Positions 39,081-53,016 are shown, counted from the stretch's first letter. The stretch is DNA of 64,000 bases from Chiloscyllium plagiosum (GCF_004010195.1 NC_057719.1:91634512-91698511), one strand, 5' to 3'. Program-made: numbers and translations. The notes: generated from the sequence alone by a model not told the origin.

Positions 39081-39676
39081 CTGCATAATAGAAAGAAAAA
39101 CAATTTGCATCTACCCAAACTCAAATTTATCTTTAACAGTATGGATACAATGTAATAGAGGATTATAATACTCCTGTCTTGAACCTGATGACAGCAATCC
39201 TCTAGTGAAGCAAACTGACAATGTTGCTTGTGAACTATGGCTCATGCAACTCTATTCGGATGAATAATAGGAATATTCATACTTGAAAATTTAAGAAACT
39301 AAAGATACCAGAGCCTGGAATTAGATATTTTAATTGGAAGTCATCTATTGAACTAAATGGGAGATATTATAAAGAATGTGAATTTAGCAGTTATTAGAAA
39401 TCAGTTTTTGAAAATAGAGTCCCTGTCTATGTAACACAAGTGATTTACTGATGAAAGAGACCAGACTTCAATTCATGTTATATTCCCAATTAAAGTGCCA
39501 CCGAGCAGCTATCTGAAAGATAAATTCAGACTCGTGGTTCAACAATTAACAAGTTTCAAGCTCAAAGGTTGAATGGACTTTTGCAAGTACATGTACAATT
39601 ATTTAAGCAATGATCAGGATCTTTCACAGTTCTGCAAAGAGATCAGTGATGGTCTTCATATAAAAAATAGGATATT

Positions 39677-40266
39677 TATACAGGATTCCTCCCACCCTGG
39701 CCCCTGGACCAGCCAGAACCACTACCACAGTAGACAAAAGCCCTTGACAATATGGCCGAAATATCTGTGTCTATATAGTTCAGAAAGGGCTGCCATATTT
39801 TATAGAATAATTCAGTTTTTTGGTGCACCATATTTGAGAGGAAGTCAAGGGGGATATATTCCATGATTAAGCTGTGCCAATTCGAAAGTCCAGGAAGGCC
39901 CTCAGCTACCCAGTTGGCTAAGATATTTTTCCTTGTACAGAAAGAGAGAATGGAGAATAGTTTCATCCCGTGGACATCCAGGGAGGGCAGATTTGTAAGA
40001 TTTGGAGTATGTACTTAATTATTTAATTATTACGTTATTTCTTATTAGTAATGTAAGATATTTTATGTTTTGGTAGTTTGTAGGATAGATTAGTAGTTAG
40101 CTGAGTTTTTTTTTGTTTGTTGTGTTTTAGTTATTGTTTATTTCTTTTTTATATATATATATTTAATTGTATATTAGTGTTTATACTTGTTTGTATTACT
40201 TGGTAATTTTGTAAAAACTGTTTAAAAATTTCCTTTTTATCTTTCAATAAAAATCCCTCTAAAAAA
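39677..40266. mobile_element. L1-clade LINE 3' end with 5' inversion
   Basis: Minus ORF2 C-terminus (RKNILANW...W...FYKIWQPFLNY), then a plus-strand T-rich 3'UTR with AATAAA and an A-run. TSD aaaaaa[t/c]aggatatt. Confidence 0.78.
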
Positions 40267-40740
40267 CAGGATATTAACTATATCATTTACACGTTAGAAA
40301 ATCATGGAGAAACATTTCAGATTTGGCAATTTGCAACAAATAAATAGGGTACAAGCTGCAAAGGCCACTGAGCTGGTCAAGGGTTAAAGATTATGCTTAA
40401 ATTATTAAGCATCCACAAGCACTGCAATGGGATCATTGTGAAAAGCAAAACTGGGCTTTTAGCAAACTACAATACAAAACTAAGGAATTGGTACAGATGA
40501 ATACTGAAGAATCTGCTGAGTCTTGGCATTTAATGGCAGGGCAGGTCAAGGCATCAAAATATTATCCAGCTTTCAGACTTTCAGTAATCAGGAGTAGGGT
40601 GCAAACAGCATACCTGAAGTTTGCATTTGATTGGAAAAAATAATGTCAATATGTAATTTAGGCTAATATCTTGCAAGTGGCTAATACTTATTCCATTGTA
40701 CAAGTCAAAAATGTTTCACTAAAACAAGCCATGCACTTGC

Positions 40741-40864
40741 CAGAGTTGCTGACAACTTGACTGAGCCAGGAGAGAAGACGTAAAGCAAAGTTCTGATGGG
40801 ATACAACACTTGAATGAAGAATTTCAACACGTAGAGGTGACTGGAATACGCTGTTTGTAATGTT
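40741..40864 (-). CDS. UBR1: UBR1 exon 8 (124 nt): NITNSVFQSPLRVEILHSSVVSHQNFALRLLSWLSQVVSNS; GC donor
   Basis: PL.VE.LHS....HQ.FALRL.SW motif. tttttctttcag| acceptor. TG|gcaagt gives the phase-1 junction needed by exon 9. Confidence 0.92.
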
Positions 40865-42354
40865 CTGAAAGAAAAATTAACAATGCACATGACAATATTC
40901 TCTTTGGTTTGGCTAAATGCCAATTAACACAATCCATTCTTTATATACATGATAATGGTAAAATAGCGATTACTGAGCAAGACAGCTACCATTCTTAAAA
41001 AACTGACATCAACCTGAAAGTATCATTCAGCTCGTTTCTCCACAGGTGTGGAATACATACAGCTTTTCCTCTTTATATCTCAATACAATCATTCACTGTT
41101 TATAGTTCCTTCATTCATGGTTACAGAAACAGACTACTTAGCCCATTGAGCTGGCTCTTCCTATCAATTAGAACATGGTTGATCATCTGCATAAAGTTAC
41201 TTGTCCGCAAAACTTCATTTTCCCCAATGCCAATGGTCTCCTGAAATCGACTGATTTCTGTCTGTAACCTGCTCAATGTTTGAGCTTCCACAGCTCCTGG
41301 AGCAGCATGTTCTAAAGACCCTTCACCTCAATCTTAAACAGTCTCGCTCTTATTAGTTTTAGACCAATCAGCTCACTAGCAAAGCCTTTTTCTGCCCTTT
41401 TGATTATTACGCAGAGCTGGAGAGACAGCTTCGAGTGCCAATCAGCAGGGCAGGGCCCAGGGAGGAGTCAAAGACTTGAGTTTAAGGCACACCTGACCTT
41501 GGTTCATCTCTGGTGATGCACACTGAGTTGACCTCTGAGGAGTGCATACAAAGGTGGGATTGGGAAACAAGTTATCTTTCAGCCAGCAAACTTCCTCCAT
41601 TCCCAGCCTGGCAGATGTTTAGAAAGGAGGAGGAAAAGGAGGGCATGTGTCAGGCCCACGTTCAGTCTCAGGTTCTCTCTCACACACACCCTCTTCACAC
41701 ACTCTCTCTCTCTTCATTATGTGTTTTAGCTCTTGCTTTCCCATCCTTTAACTCATTATGCAATCGTTCCCTCGAATTTACATGCTGTCGTGTCACTCTG
41801 CTTGCTCACTTCCTCCTTCCCTTCCATTGTACATTTCTTCTCTTCAAAAATGCATTCTTAAACTTGCTATGTAACCTTCCATCTCTCACAAGTGCATTAT
41901 CTCTCTCACACTTCATCTCCGAAGCTCTTTTTGCCTGCAGCTCGCAGATCCCATCTCTCATGTTCACCATTCCCATTTACACATGTACCACATTTCTCTT
42001 AACTGCTCCTCCCTCTCACATACTGAATGCCTCTGTCCCTTCCTCCCATCTTCCACCAACCTGAATCGCAGTTGCACACTCGTCCCTTCCCCCTCGTGCG
42101 TGTGTACCCCCTTCCAATGCAAACCCTCCCACATGCACTACCCCCTCCATTCCCCAACTATGCCCTTCCCCGCGGTATGAGTTATCTGAAGCAGATTAAT
42201 TACTTCCGCACATTCTTCATACAGTAAAAGCTTACCACCAGAAATGCTAATGCTTGGAATAATTAGCGAACTTGCTTCATAATTTCCTCTACCGTTATAG
42301 TTATCTTCAACTGCAGTTGTTAAATGAATGCAGAAAGCATTTTATTTCACTTAC

Positions 42355-42417
42355 AATAACGTCTAACTTCGTTTCTTGACACGACTGCAGTGTTCCATGC
42401 TTTACTGCTCTACGACC
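42355..42417 (-). CDS. UBR1: UBR1 exon 7 (63 nt): GRRAVKHGTLQSCQETKLDVI
   Basis: GRRAVK.G....CQE.K.D motif. tctctgtag| ... |gtaagt. Confidence 0.93.
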
Positions 42418-43383
42418 CTACAGAGACATGACACAAAAACAAAATTTGAAGGATCTGAGTGAAGTTCAAACCATACTTCTTAAAACAAAATAAGCAAGTT
42501 TACATTAAACAATGTAGAGATCAGACAATTTAGCACTGAATGTAGTTAACTATAAATTTGCTGACTACGTAACAACTGATTGCAAATCAATTTGTACCAA
42601 TATGTTTGATCAGCAAATCCAATTCAAAGAAAAAAACTTAAGCTGTTAGTTAAATAGGAGATTTGACCTTATAACAAGAACTGTTTATTTACATGCACAA
42701 CTCGATTCTCATCTGGCACATTTTCAATGTTCTGGGTATGAGTTGGGAGTGCCAACTTCACTAAGCATTTCAAAAGCTCTACACGTTAACAAAGAGTGCA
42801 AGGGATTCCTCAAACACTCTGAAGCCTAGCTTAAAAAAATAAGTATTTCTAATCTATGTGATATCAAGCCCAGATGGTATAAAAGGGCCCAAAATCAGAT
42901 CAGAGCATCTATAGATATGGTCACTTTCAGATTACCAATATACAAGTGGCAATATAACTGCAGCTTTGATTGTCCATTAACACTCCCATTTTTATAACTT
43001 TTATCCACATCTTGAGACAGTTATGGTCTCATCCCTGCCTATCTCTGTACCTCCTACAATGCTACTTCTCTCCTAGAATACTGCATTTCACCAACCCTGA
43101 CCTTCAGTTCATCTCCAAGTTCCTCCACACCTCTCTTGGCAATTGAGCCATCACACTTTAAAGCCCAGATCTCTGAAATTTTGCCCATCTTCCTGCAAGA
43201 GCTTTCTTAAAAGCTGTCTTTTGGTCAAGCACTCAGTCACCAATCCCAATTATACCCTTTCTGGCTTAGTGTGGTATCTTTGCTTCTCTGATTTCTTTCC
43301 TGTTTACTATGTTAAAGATGCTATCTAAATGCAAGTTGCTTTGGTTGCACAAAAAATAATCCACAATCACTAATGACACTTAC

Positions 43384-43522
43384 CTCTCTATCTATCAAGG
43401 TGGTGTGACTCTGTGCTTCTCTCTGTGAGCAGCCCAGTGACCTCTGGAGTGAATGGATGACATGCTCAAACGAATGCTGTTCATCATTAAACAGCACACA
43501 GAAATAGGAATCTGTCTTCTCC
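43384..43522 (-). CDS. UBR1: UBR1 exon 6 (139 nt), ClpS-like N-domain: [46 protein letters not shown]
   Basis: CVLFNDE.HS..HVI.SLQR motif. ttttttcctcacaag| ... GAG|gtaagt. Confidence 0.95.
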
Positions 43523-44269
43523 CTTGTGAGGAAAAAAGAAGTTTAAGCATACGCTTCAATATTGGTACATCAGCTTGCAAAGTTTGCTGAATTTTCCCCG
43601 ACAGAACCAACAAGCAACTGTGATGTAGTTTGTTGATATTTCAATACAACACTATAGAACTCACTCTCTCAATGTGTAACACCAATGGACAGTGTGAACA
43701 AGGGAAAGAAAAATGTTGTTTAATACTTTAACCATGAATTAATGTGGTGAGTCAGAAATCCAGACATGACTATTTATAAACTAATCATAAATACAATCAT
43801 TAATACATATAATAATAATACAGATCATTACAACACATTCTCCAAGTATATAATGAGATATTGTGTGTGAACTTTAAACTTTTTCATACATTTGTTGGTA
43901 AAGTGCTATGATGATATATAGTGAGTGCAAGTGCAGGCTTTGTTTCTCCTTATTAGTCAATGTTGGCAAGACTTATCCTACTAAAGTAGCATGCTATAGC
44001 CCACACTTTGCCTAATCAGCAATTTCTATTGGATCACACTAGCAAGAAATACACAAATTGCTGATATTCATTTCAAAATATAAAAGTTTTCAACCTTTTC
44101 CCAATCACCTCACTCTTCATTCAGTTTTTCAATTAGTTCTGTAATTAAAAATAAATTTGTGCAATTACAGTTCTTCAATATCAAATCTACGTTAAAACTT
44201 CAAAAACCTTCTCAATGGCTATTTAAACAATAGATGAGACAAAGGCAATTTAGTAATGTTTGGCTACTT

Positions 44270-44580
44270 GGGTTCAAATCCCATGGCAGCCAGTAGAATT
44301 TAAATTAATTTAGAAATTATGGATCCAAAGCTTCAGAAAGGCTGACCATGAAACTATCATCGATTGCTGTAAAAACCCATCTGGTTCACTAATTTGCTTT
44401 AACTCTGAAATCTGCCATACTTTCCCAGCCTGGGCAACTTCTGGCTCCAAGTCCACAACACAGTGGTTGATTTAACTGAATGCAATAGCCTAAAGGGCTG
44501 CCCAATTCAAGAGCAATTAGGGATAGGCAACAAATTTCTGGCCTTGCTAGTCACTCGCACATTCCATATTAAGAACAAAA
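44270..44580 (+). mobile_element. tRNA-derived SINE (family with the gcaattaggga...ggccttgc tail)
   Basis: B-box gggttcaaatccc. Tail shared with 34437-34540 (+) and 4505-4710 (-). Confidence 0.7.
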
Positions 44581-46214
44581 GACAGTCAACATATTGTTCC
44601 TAGACTTTTCTACTTAAATTGCTTCAGTAAACTACTTGGTTAGGTCATTTAACTGTGTTTATTGTCTGTTATCACATCCCTGGTAGGAATAGTGCTGGAA
44701 ATCAAGCCCTACTATTCCGTAAGTGTGAAATACAGTATTACTAATTTTGAATCTCAAGAATAGTTAATACCTGACTGAGGCCACTGTCTAAGATAAAAAG
44801 GAAACTTGCACCAGGTTTCATCAATGAGTAAGAAAAACAAAGCTTATTTATTATAACAAACTTATCCTCTAAAATGCAGCAAAATCAGGTAGTAAGTAAT
44901 ATAGCAGCTTAGTGCAAATCCCCTTTCAATCCAAACAACACATTCATTGACACAAAGGACAGAACAGAAACAATCATCTCAGGAAAATTTGTGGGGAATA
45001 CATAGGTTAAAAGGCTGTGAATTCAAGTCCAATCCAAAAGGAGAAATGACATGGACTTTTCCCCAGAAGTGTGATTTTGTTTTTTGCTGATGATATCAAG
45101 TTGATATTGACTGCGATGATCCTCAATTTGGTCGACAGTTAGACCTGGGTCTTGCCTCTAGTTGGAAATGTTCTTCCTTTTTGCAAATTGTTGAGTGTTG
45201 TTACTTTTCTTTTCACAGAAGAGAGCCCGAGTGGAATTTTGGTTCTGGCAGGCTCAAAGGTCTGAGTCCCAACTGTGCTCATACATTTCAGCTGTGTCAA
45301 ACTGCCACTTTAAACCAATCCAAATGCTGTTGCTGAACAGCTGCCCTTTTTTGCAAAGACAACTAGTGCCAGTATAAAAGTATGGTGTCCAGTTTCAGCA
45401 GAGCAAAGTGTCTAATAATCCAAGCTTCCATTTACCAGTTTATATTTCCAAAGAGTTCTCTCTCTAAAGTTCAGTGCATTGTAAACGTGTAATAATGTTC
45501 AATGATCATTCACTCTTTGAACACTTAGTACTTTGTTCCAGCAAAATGAACATTTTACTTGCATTGATGTTTGAAAATGTTTCAAATGTCAACTTTACTG
45601 GATTTCCTGCAAAGACTTAACAAATCCTATTTAATCATGCTTTCTATCTGTTGTATTATTGCAGTTACCCCAGAAAGGCAAAGTGCCTTTAAAATAGTTA
45701 GATGTCATCTCAATGTGTAATGTCAATAATAGAAGTCCTTGCCTCACCTTCAGTAGTCTCAGTGCAATGGAGTTATTGCACTCTGTATCCATTGTGGTCT
45801 GCCATGTATAGTGTTACAACTATGTAATATAGCTGTAAAATCAGTAAGTATAAGGGCACAGACTGTGTAAAGTTCATGATCTTAGAACAGTGCAAATAGT
45901 CAATACTGTTAATAACTTCAAAACATCTGTCCCAACAAGAACCAAGCCTTCATGGTGTATGTTACAAGGGCTAACAAATAGGGAAACACTCAGACCATAA
46001 ACATATGGTTGAAAATGGAATAGTGTGGGATACATCGGCTTCAGATCGGTTCCACAGGTCGGTGCAACATGGAGAGCCGAAGGGCCTGTACTGCGCTCTA
46101 ATGTTCAATGTTCTATATCAGATTGGTCATAGTAGTTGACCGAAGAAATCGCATCACTATCAATTATTGTAATGCAGCATCTTGGTGGCATAAGAGAAAT
46201 TTTTCTTTGTATAC

Positions 46215-46345
46215 CTTGGTTGGAGTCCCAAAGGTAGCTCTTTATCTTCCGTCCAGATCAACATATCTATGATATACCTGAAGATAATAGTGAAGAGTTG
46301 CTGGGCTCTTTCAGCCAAACCCACAGGTAACTGGCTTGCAGAATT
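46215..46345 (-). CDS. UBR1: UBR1 exon 5 (131 nt): NSASQLPVGLAERAQQLFTIIFRYIIDMLIWTEDKELPLGLQP(R)
   Basis: Aligns to the UBR1 region ...W.E.KELP..LQ.R. ttttcacacag| ... AG|gtatac. Confidence 0.93.
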
Positions 46346-49300
46346 CTGTGTGAAAACAAATATAATGCTTAGAATGCACATATATGCAGAGTAGCATTCC
46401 TCATCGCACACGACTCTCCTTTTAATTCTTACGCACCTTTCTAAAATAGATGTGTGTCAGTGTATAATGCATAACCTTCTATCTGTAATAAAAATAGAAA
46501 ATGCTGGCAATACTCAGTAAATTTGCCAATATCTAAGTTGGCCAGTATCTAAGTTTATATTTCTTCCATCTTAGCTCTGCCTTTATAGGACTTTCCATGG
46601 CTCATCCAATAAATTTTACATGACAAATCAGTTTCATTTTACAAAGACATTCACAGGTTTTCTCTCTGTAGTCTGTTGAGTTGAGAATACAGCCCTCAAG
46701 CCATGTATAAAAAGGCTGCATACTATCGCATCAGTTGTATGACACTTTGATCTTTTACATATAAACTGTGTCCTATGTATCCTCCCTGATTAGCTACTAG
46801 ACAAAGGAACAGTGCTCTAAAAGCTTGTACTTTCAAATAAACTTGCTGCAATATAACCTGGTATCGTGTCATTGTTAACTTACTATTATTAGCATGATCA
46901 TGCACAAGTGCTCCCTCCCCTCAAGTTTGTTAGCGTTATTATTCTCCTAATTATTCAAATTAATCTTAGTATCCTTTCCCAACCCTCTTCCCTTTCATTT
47001 TTATGTTGACACTATTCTCCTCTCCTCTTCTGGGTGACCCCCTCCTTGAATTCGTATTGACAGTGGGGATTATGCTCTAATTCTATGCTGGCATTATCAC
47101 TATCCTATCCAATGCCAATCCATCCCAGTTTCACATTAGTCCAACAGTTGCACTGCTGACCTCATCACCATGCCTCTCACCCTCTTCAGCTTCTTGCAGG
47201 CTGTATTCAGTTCAAGCTCTCACTCCACTTCTATACCACTAGTGGTTTCCACACGCTGCTGCTGCTGCTGATCTGAGCAACTAAATAGCACTGTGCACTT
47301 TAGAGAAGGAGACCTGACAAGAGGACAGAGAGAATTCCTGTCTGTGTACAGCTGAACTCCATTAGTTCAGGTTGCAATACCTAGAGCAGAGGGAAAAGGT
47401 GTAATATTTCGAAATGACCAGGCATCCTTTAAGCATAGCAAAGTGGGGAATTATTTTGTCTCAGAGGGTGGTGCAACTTTGGAACTCTGTCCTGAGAAGG
47501 TGATGTACTGGGTCTATCGACCTCATCTATTTGAGGTAGATAGATTATTCTCAGGCCACGGAATCAAAGATGATGGAGAGGGGTAGAGTGGAATAATAGA
47601 ATTGGGAACACAAACAGAACAATCATGAGCTTATTGATCGACAGATTAGCCTTGAAGGGCTGAACGGCTTACGCTACTTTTAATTCATATAAGCTCTTAT
47701 ATGTTTGATATGATACCATGTTTTGTTTCCAAACTGTTCTTTCATTAGAAAGCATAATCACTTCCTAGCCATCACCCACCATACACCCATGAAGGGGAAC
47801 TTGCCTTTGTTTCATAGCAACTTTGGTATTATTCTCCCCGAGCAAAAACATTAAGGGGAAACAATGGAAGCATTCAAAAGTACAAGAGGTTTAATAGAGC
47901 AAATGAGAAGAAACTGTTGTCACTGGGTGCGCAGTCAACCAGATGACAGGATTAAGATACTTACCAAAAATACCAGAAGAAACAGAAGCATTTTCTTTTA
48001 AAATGCAAATTATGACAATCTGGAATGTACTGCTTGAAAGCAGAAAGATGGAAGCTGATTCACAAGAAACCTTCAAAGGTGATTAACAAATAGAGACATA
48101 GAAAACGGGAGGAATACATCATCCAGCTCTTCGCGCCTGTTTTACCATTCAGTATGATCGTCCAACTGAGCATCCTGCCACATTTGGTCAAACAAAAAAT
48201 GACAAGTTTCGACTGGATTTTTCAGGCTGCAACTAGTCCAATTGAATTAGAGTTGAGACTATTGGTGTGGAGATATCATATGGTCCTACACAAAGTATTT
48301 CATATTAATACAAAAGCCAAGTAGGAGGATGGAGATCTGAAATTAAAACAAAATGCTGGAGAAACTCAGCTAATCTGGCAGTATCCATTGAAAGTGAATC
48401 AGAGTTAATGTTTAGATCCAATATAAATCTCCTTCAGAACTTAAAACTGTTCACCTTGACATAGTGATATCAACTTGCATTTAAACAATGTAATGGGGCA
48501 CAGTCATTCGCAACTTGGATATTTTTAAAAAGTGTCCACAAGCAGCTATAGATGCACAGACAGTTCCAAGAAGGAAATATGTAACAATTGGCTGTGAGAT
48601 TGGAAAACTTTAGGCTTGTTTGTTGTTTTGGTAACTAGCTTGAATCAGCCAATTAATTTAAACCAGGCCCTTAGATCCTGAAAACCTAAGGTTTTGACTG
48701 CTAGGAACCAATCCGATTGAAAAGAATTAATAAGTTATCAAGGATATAAAAGATGCAGGCATTTTGAAAAATTGGGAGAGAGCCAACTGCTATCTGAAGA
48801 GATAATAGCTTTTTTTCCTGAGAGCTGCAAAGTTATCTATTCATAAAGATACACAACACTCTTAGTTAATATTCTTGACACCAGAAAACCACTAAGGCAG
48901 CATTTCGGACAGAGGAAGACAATGGAAGAAAATACAGAAGTCCAGGGAGATGCATTCTATGCGAACTTTGACAGACTAAGTTTTAATTGATTTTGTTTTC
49001 TTATTACTTGGATTTATACAAGCGGGACCTGTGATATTGGAACAGCATACAATTAGAATCCTGTTTTATTCAGGAATAGGTAATTATGGAGGGATTGTTT
49101 GGTTTGTTAGTAATCTGCTAATTTGTTCACTGTTGGAGTTGGATAAGTAAATTGTTACTTGTTAATTATAGGGGAGGTGAAAGGTTTCCATTTCATTTAA
49201 CCACTCCTTTATAACAGATTGGGGTAAGAGGCACTTTTCACACTTCTTTTACACATAATAAGCAAGATGTTTTTAAGTAGTTCGTTTTTAGTTCACAGGG

Positions 49301-51094
49301 GGGAGGGGGTTAACCTCCACCTTCGTGAATGTCATATCAAGTTTCAGTGCTTAGGCACTCAGAGTTGCAAGGAAGAAACAGATCTCTATATATTCATAGC
49401 AGTGACTTCCTTTTGGTTCAATCTAGGTTTTACACAGAAGGTGGAATCATCAACAGTTGAAAGCGCAAGCAAGAGAATGTGCACAAGGCAGGAGGAAGAT
49501 ATAAAGATGCATACCACCAGCCCCAGTGTCAAAACCTCCTTGCTCATGCCAGAAGATCATGACTTCAAATCCCACTCTACAGACTCCTGCACACACTCAG
49601 GCTGGCATTCCCAAGTCTACAACTCAGGCTGCTGCACTGTTGGATCTGCCAACTTTCAGATAAGATATTAATACTGAGCAACTCTTCTTTACTGAAGAGC
49701 AATAACATTTGGATCATATATCAGATGCCCAGAGGAAACTATATAAGAATTATAACAAACTTTAATCACTAAACTTTACCAAAACAAGTAAATTGGCCAG
49801 TATTTTAAGAAGGTGGCAGTCAAAGTGAAGTGCACAATGTTCCTATGCTTGTTTCTGGTGTGAGGAATTGCAAATAGTGCAAATACAGCATATCTTGTGC
49901 TATATAATGGCTGGTTATGTCAATGGGTACATACAAAGCTGATTCAAATTCTTAAAAATTGTAAACTTAAAAAAGCATGTGTTGTATCATGCAATCTGTA
50001 TGGACTGGTAAATGTTTATATGACACTGCTATTCTGGGAAGTGTTCCAGGAAAATCTGATTCAATCACAGCAGATGGCTCCAGTTTATCACAGAAGTGCA
50101 CTTCAACTCTGGAACAGAAATTCCTAATAGTACAAAGTACAACACAAAATAAACATTCAATAATTGTGCAGTAAATGGTCAGAAACAGACTTGTACTTCA
50201 GATATTAGTGCCTGCAACATCTAACACAGTTAAGATCAAATTTGAAAATGCATGCAGCCTTTAAAATCTAATTACTGAACTCAATTACTCAGAACCACAA
50301 TAAGCATGAATTACCCTGAATTACTGCGAAAGCACATTGTTCAAATTAAATTTAAACCTTATTTTTTCCACAAATTCAGCTTAGAGGTCCATGCATTGTC
50401 CTGGCTATGTTGGCCTTTTTGTGTGGTTTGTGAAACATTGCTTGTTCCATTCCTATTCTGGACCCTTTCCAATGCTCTCTTTTTCTGGTATATTGCTCAC
50501 TATTGACACCACTCTCACGGTCTCACCTGAAACTGGTGCAATTAAGCAATTTTGCTTCATGTTTCCAGCCTTCTCTCACTTTTAATTAATTTATAAGGAT
50601 GTGGGAGCTGCTGCCAGCATTTCTTCACCACCTCTCATTGTCCTTGAGAAGATGGTGGTGAGCTACCTTCTTGAACCATGTGCTGCAGGTAGACTCAGAA
50701 TATGTCTACACTGGGTTGACTAAATGCACATTGGATGACTGCTTTAACACCTCTATTCGGTTTACAGGCATGACCAGGACCTCCCAATACTTTCCATTTC
50801 AGTTCCCTAACTTCCTCTCATACTAGTTTGTCCTCGGTCTTCTGCTTTCTGGTAGGGAACAGCACCTCATCTTCTATTTATGCACTTCACAGCCTTCAGA
50901 ACTCAACGTGGAGTTCAACAACTTTAAACCAAAAACTGTGCCGTCCATGTTGTCTCACAATCCATCTTCTTTACAACCCACTTGCACTCCCATCACATAT
51001 ACACAGAGTATGGTTTTCTTGGCTTTGCTTTTAGCACAGTTAACGTAGAATTTTGCGAATAACGAATACACTGAATCATTCTCTCTTCTCTATA

Positions 51095-52310
51095 GTCATC
51101 AGGCTCACTGGTCTATAGTTCCTTGTCTTGTCCATACCATCCTTCTTAAACAGTGGCACCACGCTAGCCAACCTCTAGTCTTCTGACACCTCACCTGTGA
51201 CTATCGATGATACAAATATCTCAGCAAGAGGCCCAACAATCACTTCTCTAGCTTCCCACAGAGTTCTAGGGTATACCTGATTGGGTCCTGGAGATTTATC
51301 CACCTTTATGCGTTTCAAGACATCCAGCACTTCCTACTTGGACATTTTGCAAGATGTCACCATCTATTTCCCTATATTCTGTATCTTCCATATCCTTTTT
51401 CACATTAAATACTGATGCAAAATATTCATTTAGTATCTCCCCCATTTTCTGTGGCTCCACACAAAGGCCGCCTTGCTGATCTTTGAGGGGCCCTATTCTC
51501 TCCCTAGTTACCCTTTTGTCCTTAATGTATTTGTAAAAACCCTTTGGATTCTCCTTAATTCTATTTGCCAAAGCTATCTCATGTCCCCATTTTGCCCTCC
51601 TGATTTCCCTCTTAAGTATACTCCTACTTCCTTTATACTCTTCTAAGGAATCACTCGATCTATCCTGTCTACACTTTATAGATGCTTCCTTCTTTTTCTT
51701 AACCAAACCCTCAATTTCTTTAGTCAGCCAGCATCCAGCATTCCCTATACCTACCAGCCTTTCCTTTCACCCTAACAGGAATATACTTTCTCTGGATTCT
51801 CGTTGTCTCATTCCTGAAGGCTTCTCATTTTCCAGCCGTCCCTTTACCTGCGAACATCTGCCCCCAACCAGCTTTTGACAGTTCTTGCTTAATACCGTCA
51901 AATTTCCTCCAATTTAGAACTTCAATCTTTAGATCTGGTCTATCCTTTTTCAACACTGTTTTAAATCTAATAGAATTATGGTCGCTGGCCCCAAAGTGCT
52001 CCCCCACTGACACCTCAGTCACCTGCCCTGCCTTATTTCCCAAAGGTAGGTCAAGTTTTGCACCTTCTCTAGTAGGTACATCCACATACTGAATCAGAAA
52101 ATTGTCTTGTACACACTTAACAAATTCCTCTCCATTAAACCCTTAACACTATGGCAGTCCCAGTCTACGTTTGTAAAATTAAAATCTCCTACCATAACCA
52201 CCGTATTTTTCTTACAGATAGCTGAGATCTCTTTACAAGTTTGTTTCTCAATTTCCCTCTGACTATTAGGGGTCTACAATACAATCCCAATCAGGTGATC
52301 ATCCCTTTTA
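51095..52310 (-). mobile_element. Young CR1 ORF2 fragment, same subfamily as 16356
   Basis: RIGPLKDQQGGLCVEPQKMGEILNEYFASVF is nearly identical at DNA level to 16357-16560. Confidence 0.92.
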
Positions 52311-53016
52311 ATTTTGTGGCTTTGACAATTCAGTCTTCTTTAGAAGCGATGCTTATTTAATTACTTTTAGGATTGGTAACAAACCATTTTGGAGTAACTT
52401 AAGAGCTGTTCCCCTGTACCCCCAAACATACTTTCAGATTTGCCAGCAGGATTCCCGATATTTGTATCCTCAATCTTGAGGAGGGAAGCCACTATGGCAC
52501 AGCTAGTATGTTTTATATTGGGTTTTTGCAACTGGTTGCAATGACAATGGCAAGTGCCATTTGCACACGAGAAGTAGCACGTCTTCATATGGGAAGACAA
52601 ATGCCTAGTTCAGGTCACAGCTGTATGCCACTGAATGCAGAAATAGATCAACAGCAGACTGCATGTTTAATCTGGATATATCCTGTCCCACGATCAAGAC
52701 AGATCCACCTAAGGTGGCATCAGTGGTTTACAGTTGGGAGAGAGCTGCTCTGGGGGTCCTCAACATTCATGCCAGGCCCCATATTGGGACCTGGTTAAAC
52801 ACTAGCAAGGAAACCCCCTGGTTATCTCAAGCTGGCCTCCCTCTGCCGATGAATCTATCCTCCCCATGCTGAACAACACTTGCAGGAAGAACAGAGGGTG
52901 GCAAGGGCACAGAATATACTCTGGTTGAGGGGGTTTCATGTCTACCACCAAGTGTGGCTCAGTTGCAGTACAACTGAGATTAATTTGTTGATTCCATGCC
53001 CACTTTGCTCTTAAAT

